NCBI GenBank assembly: GCA_016748015.1
Contig: JAAOMT010000524.1
Span: forward strand, 1-8,013
DNA length: 8,013 nt
Reading direction: 5' to 3'
DNA from: Geosiphon pyriformis uo1
Taxonomy: Eukaryota > Fungi > Glomeromycota
Shown: in pieces, positions 1 through 6,531 of the stretch
Layout: every line of letters begins with the position of its first letter
Numbering within the stretch: the stretch's first letter is position 1
Made by a program: the position numbers and the translations under genes
The notes under the pieces: generated by a model
Seen by the model: the letters and a program-made list of their open reading frames with translations, nothing else
Databases searched by the model: none
Told to the model about the DNA's origin: nothing

Positions 1-840
1 GATATTTTTGGGAGTTTGAAAGTTTTTGACAACACTAATTGTTCTAGAATTTGGTTTGACTCTATTTTTGCTAACAATATGTCCAAAAAAAATTAAACTT
101 GTTTTTTCAAAGTAACATTTTTCAATGTTCAATTTTAATTCTGCTTTCTGTAATTATTGAAAAACTTCTTACAGATAAATAAAATAAGCTTCAAAACTTG
201 GTAAGTACACATTAGTGTCATCAAGATAGACAATTATTAATTGTCATAAAAGTTCTTCATATATAACATCCATGAGTTATTGGAATGTTGTTGGTGTATT
301 GCAAAGTCCAAAAAGCATAATATTGAATTTATAATTACCTTTTTGGCTGGTAAATGCTGTTTTGGGATGATCTTTTGAGTCCATTTTGACTTGCCAATAT
401 TTACTTTTCAAATCTAAAGTTGAAAAAAACTTGGCTTTTTCTAAAGCATTTAGCATGTTATCAATTCTTGAAAGAGAATAGGCATCTCTAATTGTGATAC
501 TATTCAATTGTTAATAATTAACACAAAATCTGATTTTCCCGTTTTTTTTTTTGACAAAAACTACTAATGAGACCCATAAACTTTTTAATGATTGAATCAA
601 TCTATTATTAAGTATTTTTTGGACTTTTTCTCTGATAAATTGGTAATTAGCAGATGGAACTCAATAGGCTTGTTGTCATTTTGATAAAGCATTTCTTGTG
701 TGGATTTGATGTTAAACAATATCAGTTTTTCCAAAATTATTGTTATCTTTTACAAATATATTAGCAATTTTAGCTATTAGCTGTTTTAATTGTCTTTGTT
801 GTTGGGATTTTAAGGGACCCATATTAATTCAAAAGAGTTT
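1..840 (-). pseudogene. pol: Reverse transcriptase pseudogene of element B (runs off the left edge)
   Basis: YLDD is intact at 217..228. I count 9 in-frame stops between 1 and 840. A frameshift near the A-run at ~857-863 links it to the upstream frame of ORF 948..1358. The listed ORF 277..507 is one stop-free piece. Confidence 0.92.
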
Positions 841-1241
841 TTCTTCTAAAACATGGTTTTTTTAGTAGTTAAAGCAATGTTTGGATTGAGAAGTAGGGTG
901 TGTCTTATAATTTTGATAAAATTAAAAACAATTTAAGGGTTTTTATCTTAGAAGATGTTACTATATATAATTCCAATTTCTAATTTATTTAATAAAACAA
1001 TAAGGTAGTTGTTGAAATTGTAAAATATAACTTGAAATTTCCTTATTTTTTTTGATATATAAACATTTAAAATTGAGATTTCATGATTCAAACAAATTTG
1101 TTCATTAAATTCAAAGATTTGTTGGATAGTAGTGGGTTTTGAGCAAGTGTAAATTTTGTAATGTTCTCTAAAAGATAAAATAGTGATTGGTTGGGAAAGT
1201 TGTAGAATCTGGTGAGATTCTCTTTGTATATTAAGAGCTAT
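1..1241 (-). mobile_element. Second, more degraded Ty3/Gypsy element (element B), pol region only, interrupted at 1241/1242 by element A
   Basis: The minus strand from 840 to 1 translates as one RT frame: ..LIQSLKSLWVSLVVFVKKKNGKIRFCVNY*QLN..FFSTLDLKSKYWQV..KTAF..MLFGLCNTPTTFQ*LMD..IVYLDDTNVY..KCYF..FFGHIVSKN. It is clearly divergent from the RT of element A. Confidence 0.92.
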
Positions 1242-1469
1242 TGTTACGGGTTGGAGTAACAAGCTAATGGATAGCAAAAGAGAACAGGATTGTAGGATAA
1301 TAGAAATAATCAAAGAGGATTCAACTTCAATGAGCAAATTGAATGAGTATGGATTCAATGTGCAAGATCAGTCTCATAAAATATCTCAGTCGCTATTCTT
1401 TTCAAAAAATAACAAGATAATCTGAAAGTAGAGGGATAGTCCATACTGTCAACAATTGATAACTGCTGG

Positions 1470-1574
1470 TATAATTCTATGTTTCACATCGGCACTCTTA
1501 GAATTCAATATCAGGTATCAACTTGTGCTCTTCAGTCACATTTATTCAAATAATCTTCAAATGCTACAATTATA
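1470..1574 (-). ncRNA. Hammerhead-ribozyme-like motif (decayed, possibly type III) in LTR U5
   Basis: CUGAAGA (1535-1529) and GAAAC (1485-1481) enclose a pairable stem II: GCA/UGU plus UUGAUAC/GUGCCGA. A candidate GUA cleavage triplet is at 1567-1565. The stem I junction is non-canonical. Confidence 0.33.
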
Positions 1575-1685
1575 TATGTCAGGAAAAGGCCAACAAGTAA
1601 TCTTTTATCCTAAGATGTTCGGATATTTGAAGATAGGAAAAGGGAAATTAGCAATAAGAGAGTAATTGAGATGAAAGTTGTTATT

Positions 1686-1695
1686 TTTATTTATT
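1686..1695 (-). terminator. Putative polyadenylation signal (two overlapping AATAAA)
   Basis: Minus-strand AATAAATAAA lies about 50 nt downstream of the TATA box. The AT-rich background lowers specificity. Confidence 0.5.
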
Positions 1696-1742
1696 TGATT
1701 CTTGTCTGAGAGATGATTTTCTACAGCTAAGAGACTCATTGC

Positions 1743-1749
1743 TTATATA
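1743..1749 (-). promoter_or_regulatory. Putative LTR TATA box (TATATAA)
   Basis: Minus-strand cTATATAAgc lies 12 nt downstream of the tandem array, in the element's sense direction. Confidence 0.6.
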
Positions 1750-1761
1750 GCTATTGAAAGT

Positions 1762-1833
1762 GGTCAATGACCAGATCAATGACTAGGTCAATGATCAGGT
1801 CAATGGTCAGGTTATTGATCAGGTCAATGATCA
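1762..1833. repeat. Tandem array of six 12-bp units (consensus GGTCAATGATCA) in U3
   Basis: The units are ggtcaatgacca, gatcaatgacta, ggtcaatgatca, ggtcaatggtca, ggttattgatca and ggtcaatgatca. Confidence 0.95.
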
Positions 1834-1889
1834 CTATCTAAAAATAGAGTGGCTAATTATATGACATCAGTGACTAATACATGTGATAA

Positions 1890-2477
1890 CTAATAAAAAT
1901 TATGGGTTTCAACTGTAACATCATTCTTTCCAAAGAGATTGAGCTCCAGCGAAATCAAGCTATTTATAGGGTATTCTAATTGAAGAGTTTTGTCTAACTC
2001 AAAACTAACTAGTTTGTTGAAGTCTTTTGTGGATAGAGTATATAATACTTGAGATGAAATAAGCTTTGTATTCAAGAGACTAAATCTTTGTATAAGAGTT
2101 TTGGTTCTTCTTGCAATGGTCAAAACTCTTGGGACATCTAAACATATAATGCCCAAAATTTCCACTTGTATCTCTGAAGTTGTTTTCTTTATGAGCTTCA
2201 TTTCTTCTATGATTTCATTAAGATGACCATAGAGTTCTAGTTGCCTTGTCTATGAGCAAGATTTCCTTAATCATTTTTCTAATTGTTATAGAAGGTGTAA
2301 GTATTGTTGCTGTTATGCTTTCCAGCAAATACTTATCCATTTTGCTACCAATTCTTTCTCTTCTGGTAGTGGTTTTCTTTGGTCTAATAACAATATGTGT
2401 TCTACTGTTATCAGTTATGATGGTTTGTTTTCCAATGGTCAGAGTAGCATTTGGATAATTTTTGATTTAGTACTCAT
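1890..2477 (-). pseudogene. Extra 3' ORF (ORF3) of unknown function, about 195 codons, overlapping the PPT and LTR start
   Basis: The frame is stop-free from 2249 to 1890 (TRQLELYGHLNEIIEEMKL...ARRTKTLIQRF...DFNKLV...). Extension to ATG 2477 (MSTKSKIIQMLL) crosses six stops at 2439, 2415, 2313, 2286, 2271 and 2250, so the 5' half is less certain. Confidence 0.55.
1921..1931 (-). other. Polypurine tract (PPT) for plus-strand priming
   Basis: Minus-strand GGAAAGAATGA lies directly before the LTR's TGT. It is probably a G-rich tract eroded by G>A changes. Confidence 0.68.
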
Positions 2478-2570
2478 GGAGAGTGTAGAAAGCGTTTTGA
2501 ATGTTTTGATCTAGAAAATAATTGTTTATGTCGATTGAAGATATCTCTGTTTTGGGAATGGTGCATTTAT

Positions 2571-3858
2571 TTATATCTGATTTTTGTTGATCATTTGGGT
2601 CAGTATTACCACAACAGATAACCAATCAGGTCATTTGTGATATTTCTTGAATTGTGTGCCATAAACAGGGCGATCATTGAAGATTGTTTCATATTGATCT
2701 TGTAAGATATAAGAACCATTGTTTAAAACTTTGTTGACTATAAAGAGTTTTTTTCAGTAGCTGGAGAATTTATCACCATAGACATTGTCTCTATCTGAAT
2801 AGTATTCCAAAACTAAGTCACCAACACTTAAGGAGGTCTTTTTCTTTTTGAGCTTCTCTTAGAACTGTTTTATCTTTTCAAAGGCAATTATCCGTGCTTC
2901 TACCAATGAGTCAAGAATGGTACCAAGTCTTCTTTGCAAAATGTTCTTGTAATCTCCTATTGTTATTTCTTCAAAAGGTATTGTTTCTATATCTATTTTT
3001 ATTGGTAGAGTTGCCATTCATCCATAAAGCAGATAAAAGAGTTCATAACTTGTTATGTCATGATTCACAGTTTTGTAGGCAAACAAAGCTGAAAGCAATA
3101 CTTTGTCCCATAGGTTGGTTTCTTCACTGGTTTTGGCTAGGGTTTTACATAGTGTTCTATTGAAACATTCCACTAGACTATTTGTTTAGGGGTGATAAGG
3201 GAAAGAGAGTTTATAATATATTCCCATTTTTCTGCAAAGTTTTTCAACCAATGTACTGAGAAAAGCTCTTCCTCTATCAGATAAAAGTTCTTTGGAGCAG
3301 CCATGGTGACAGATAATATCTTTATAAATGAAATTGGCAATTGAGACTGCTGTTTGATCTGGGGTGGCTCTTGCTTCTACCCACTTTGTAAGATAGTCAG
3401 TAGCTGTAATAATGTATCTATTACCATCAGGAGTTACTGTTAAAGATTTAACAACATCTATACCAATTCTGTCAAATGGTTGACCAACAGAGATCGGATA
3501 GATATCTTTCTTGTGATTGGGTTTTCCTCTCCTTTGGCAGATATCACAGGTTTTGATGTATTCAGCAATGTCTTTTCCCAAGGTAGGCCAATAATAGTGA
3601 GCTAAAGTTTTCTGAATCGTTTTTGTTTTTCCAAAGTGTCCAGCTAATAGATTAGTGTGCATATTATAGATCACAATTTTTTTTTCTTCAAATCTAATGA
3701 CTCTTTGGGGGCAGTCAGGATTTTTTCTATTTCTTTTATATAACTGGTTCTGGCGAATCAAATAGAAATTTGATTGTTTGTGCAAATGTTCTTTTTGCTG
3801 TTGAGTATTGTTCTTTACCCAAAAATTCCATTAAGACAGAGTAGTTGTCTAAGTCTAT
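2571..3858 (-). pseudogene. Retroviral-type integrase (HHCC zinc-binding domain, DDE core, degenerate GPF/Y C-terminal module; no chromodomain)
   Basis: HHCC is seen as HTNLLAGHFG...CDIC. The DDE residues are in IGIDVV, LLSDRG and YHP*TNSLVECFNRTL. The frame continues past ORF 3186..3785 through WDKVL..ALFAYKT..FYLLYG*..VGDLVL..Y*KKLFIV (WKGPF-like)..VYGTQFKKY to a stop at 2571. Internal stops are at 3186, 3018, 2859, 2754 and 2631. The start near 3858 is inferred. Confidence 0.92.
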
Positions 3859-3935
3859 TATCGTGTTTGTTTGTAGGGAAGTTACAAATAATTAAGTTGG
3901 TTTGGTTTGGGAGAGTTTTATTATCACTGGATGGT

Positions 3936-4310
3936 AAGTCTGGAGAGAATATCAGTGTTTTGATGATTAGCTCCTTTGCAGTATTGAATGTCATAGTCGA
4001 ATTCATCCAAGTGGAGTATCCAGCAAGTTATCTGTTTATGTTCCAGGTTTTTTTTATTGTGTAGCCAAACCAAAGCTTGGTGATCTGTTACCACCAAAAA
4101 TTTCACACCCTTAAGATATTTGTCCCAGTAGCTAGTAGTCCAAACTACTGCTAAGCATTCTTGCTCAGTGACTGAGTAGTTCCTTTCTGCTGGTGTGAGA
4201 GTTCTATTGGCATATGCTACGGCATATTCCCTGCCATCTTCATCTTTCTGGGAAAGAACAGCACCAAGTCCATAGCCAGATGTATTAGTATGGAGGATAA
4301 AAGGTCGATC
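3936..4310 (-). other. RNase H domain (Ty3 type)
   Basis: PFILHTNTSGYGLGAVLSQ..AYANRTLTPAERNYSVTEQECLAVVW..VVTDHQAL..GANHQNTDILSR. The first catalytic Asp reads Asn (4284..4286). Boundaries are approximate. Confidence 0.92.
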
Positions 4311-4569
4311 CAGATTAGGTTGCATGAAGATGGATTCTGTAACCAGTTTTTCTTTTAGAATTTCAAATGCTTTTTGTTGATGAGTGCCCCAGTAATAATT
4401 GATGTTTTTCCTAAGTAGCTGATTAAAAGGAGCGGCAATTTTGGAGAAATCCTTGACAAACTTGTGATAATAAGAGGCTAAACCAAGAAAAGAGTGTAGT
4501 TCATGAACATTCATTGGTTGTTTAATGTTTTGAACTTTTTCAATTTTGGCTGGATCAGGGAAGATTCCA

Positions 4570-5110
4570 TCTTTTGTAATAAGATGGCCAAGAAACTGGG
4601 TGGATTGATGTCCAAAGAATGATTTGATTGGATTGATCTTGAGGCCAGCATTTCTAAGAAGGTCAAAAACTTTTTGCAAATGTTCAAGGTATTCATCCCA
4701 GGTTTTTGAGTATACCATTATGTCGTTCAAGTAGACTAGAACAAAGTTTTCTTTTACTGATTCAAATACTTTGTCCATTAAGCATTGAAAGGTGGGAGAA
4801 GCATTTGTGAGACCAAAAGGCATAACTGTGAATTTGTAGGTGCCATACTTGGTGATGAAGGCAGTTTTTTTTCTGCTTTCTGGATCCATTTCTACTTGCC
4901 AGAATTCAGCAGTTAAGTCAATAGTTGAGAAGAAAGTGGCACCATGAAATTGGTCTAGCATTGCATCAATCTTGGGAAGTGAGTACATATCTCTTTCAGT
5001 AATGGCATTTAATTGGCAATAGTCAACACAAAAGTGTAGGGTTCCTCCTTTCTTGGATACCACTACAACCAGGAATGCCCATTCATTCTTGGTTTCCTGT
5101 ATGAATCCAA
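4570..5110 (-). other. Reverse transcriptase core domain of element A
   Basis: FCVDYCQLN..LPKID..FSTIDL..FWQV..KTAF..MPFGLTNASPTFQ..VYLNDIMVYS..FLGH, with YLND at 4722..4733. Boundaries are approximate. Confidence 0.95.
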
Positions 5111-5801
5111 GGTTTTTCATTTGGGTTATTTCCTTTTTGATAAACTCATCATTGTGCTGGTTGGATTGATAAGGCTTCAAATAGATGGAGTGAGTTTCTC
5201 TGGTGATGATGGTGTGTTGTATTACATGTATACATTCAGGAGGTTTACCTTCTTTTGAGATAACTGGGCTGTTTCTAGCCAGCAGGTTTTCAATGTCTAT
5301 TTTTCTTTCTTCTGAAGAGGGTTCTCTTTGTTCTACAACCAGTGATTGGATTTCAGGTGGTTTGTTTTCAAAGAACTTTTGGACTTCTTTTATTTCCTCA
5401 TGGGGTATCAAGCTGATTAGTTCCCAATCTTTGTAATAGATCAGACAGAACATGCATTTATTGCTAGAAGAATACAATGGTTTGTCGCACCAGCACTGGG
5501 CACAAAGACCATGCCACCAATAACTGTATTTGGCTTTCTTGCCTGGCTTTCTGTCAAAGATTCTTCTGAGCATATCATAATAAGACCAGCAGATCAGCTT
5601 GCCATTGACAATGATTCCTTCTTTATCTGTCTTGACATTATTCAGTGGTTTGCCATTGCTGGTAAAGATGGTATAGGCAAGTTCAGCAGTTTTTTCTTGT
5701 TCTTTTTGTTCTTCTTCTTCCTCACTTTCTTCATCATTTGATTCATCTAATTCATTTTCTTCTGGGCTCTGCTTGGGTACTGGGGAAGTTATCCAATAGT
5801 G

Positions 5802-6164
5802 ACACTTAACCACAATGGGTTTCTTACCACATCTGATGGTTAGTTCACAAAGTTCATAATCAAGCAAAGCTTTTGCTTTCTTGAGCCATTCATTGCCAAC
5901 AATGATGGTGTATTCTTTCACTTCAGATACTTCCATATCAGTTTCAATGCTGATGCCATTGATGCGGACAGGAATAGCTTTGGCTATGCCAAGCCTTTTC
6001 TTCTTATCATCATGTACATTGGTCATTGGTCGTGTGGATGGTTCATCAATTTTTCTGCCAATTGCTTCAAGAAAGTGCTTAGCAATAACACTAACAGATA
6101 ATCTACTGTCTAGAATCAAATTGATGAAGTAGCCAGCCACTTGGGCTTTGCAAATTAGAGGAGT
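5802..6164 (-). other. Retropepsin-like aspartic protease domain
   Basis: LILDSRLSVSVI is the D-S-G motif with G>R (6102..6110). The C-terminal motif IIVGNEWL is present. Confidence 0.88.
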
Positions 6165-6493
6165 GACATTGTTATTGTCAGCAAGTTCAGCTTGGCGAGG
6201 GCATTTGTTGGTTTTGGGTGTCTTTTTCTTTGGAATCAGAGATTTGCGAAGATCTTTGACAACAGAATAGGGGCCGGATTTTTGTACTATTTCTGGGGGT
6301 TCCAACTTTGGCTTTTGGGGGCTCATTGTTGTCAGCAGTTGATATAGAAGCTTTATTGGGGTCCAGAACAAAATCAACTTTGGCTTTCTTCTTCTTTCTT
6401 GTGGATTCAGAGGGGTTGATTGCTAATTCATCCATGTCATGGTCATCATCAGTTAAGTTAAAAGCATAAAAAGGGTTTTCTTCTAATTGGCTT

Positions 6494-6531
6494 GCACTCT
6501 CACCTTTTGGAGGTGTGCCTACCAGTTTAAA
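6494..6531 (-). promoter_or_regulatory. Programmed -1 ribosomal frameshift signal at the gag/pol junction
   Basis: The slippery heptamer T TTA AAC (6531-6525) is in the gag phase. A 6-nt spacer containing the gag stop TAG (6521-6519) follows, then the hairpin GCA-CACCT-ccaaa-AGGTG-agag-TGC (6518-6494). The -1 frame is open into pol. Confidence 0.78.

Larger units (their letters stand above)
1242..1920 (-). repeat. 3' LTR of element A (679 bp)
   Basis: It has perfect 6-bp inverted termini, TGTTAC (1242..1247) and GTAACA (1915..1920). A purine tract abuts 1920, element B coding sequence begins at 1241, and a TATA box and AATAAA lie inside in the right orientation. The partner LTR is not in the window, so repetition cannot be shown directly. 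Confidence 0.82.
3924..6529 (-). pseudogene. pol: Pol polyprotein: aspartic protease, reverse transcriptase and RNase H (key motifs mutated)
   Basis: The 817-aa ORF 3924..6377 is extended by an upstream piece in another frame (6529..~6305, LVGTPPKGESASQLEENPFYAF..MDELAIN), joined by an apparent indel near 6304-6311. Damaged motifs: DSR for DSG, YLND for YLDD, TNTS for TDAS. Confidence 0.95.

Noticed and set aside
948-1358. 136-aa minus-strand ORF as a real gene
   Set aside because: It is a chimera: the first 39 codons are LTR U5 sequence and the rest is element B's pol spacer, fused by the insertion.
1456-1665. 69-aa plus-strand ORF
   Set aside because: It has a TTG start, lies antisense within the LTR and shows no recognisable motif.
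1762-1833. CRISPR array, or nuclear-receptor IR1/ecdysone response element (AGGTCAnTGACCT-like)
   Set aside because: There are no spacers, the units are only 12 bp and the context is a eukaryotic LTR. The IR1 resemblance is real, but nothing else supports an animal host, so I do not assign that function.
2246-2458. Hydrophobic 70-aa plus-strand ORF resembling a membrane protein
   Set aside because: The hydrophobicity is the expected shadow of the T-rich antisense strand, and it has a TTG start.
1890-2570. env gene or integrase chromodomain
   Set aside because: The sense frames show no signal peptide, TM anchor, furin site or chromodomain aromatic-cage/Y.VKW motif.
2218-2634. Alternative minus frame with only two internal stops (MT*LVICCG...YFLDQNIQNAF...RTLWSS*)
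   Set aside because: It has low-complexity T/I/K/N composition typical of off-frame A-rich sequence and does not join the conserved-looking C-terminal half of ORF3. It is not fully excluded without a consensus.
6300-6320. Second programmed frameshift at C CCA AAA
   Set aside because: The frame change needed here is +1, not -1. A decay indel near ccaaagtt (6311-6304) is the simpler explanation.
3924-6377. Prokaryotic RT system (retron, DGR, group II intron) or a currently active element
   Set aside because: The RT is LTR-type with flanking protease, RNase H, integrase and gag. Catalytic Asp residues in RT and RNase H are mutated, and gag and integrase contain stops.
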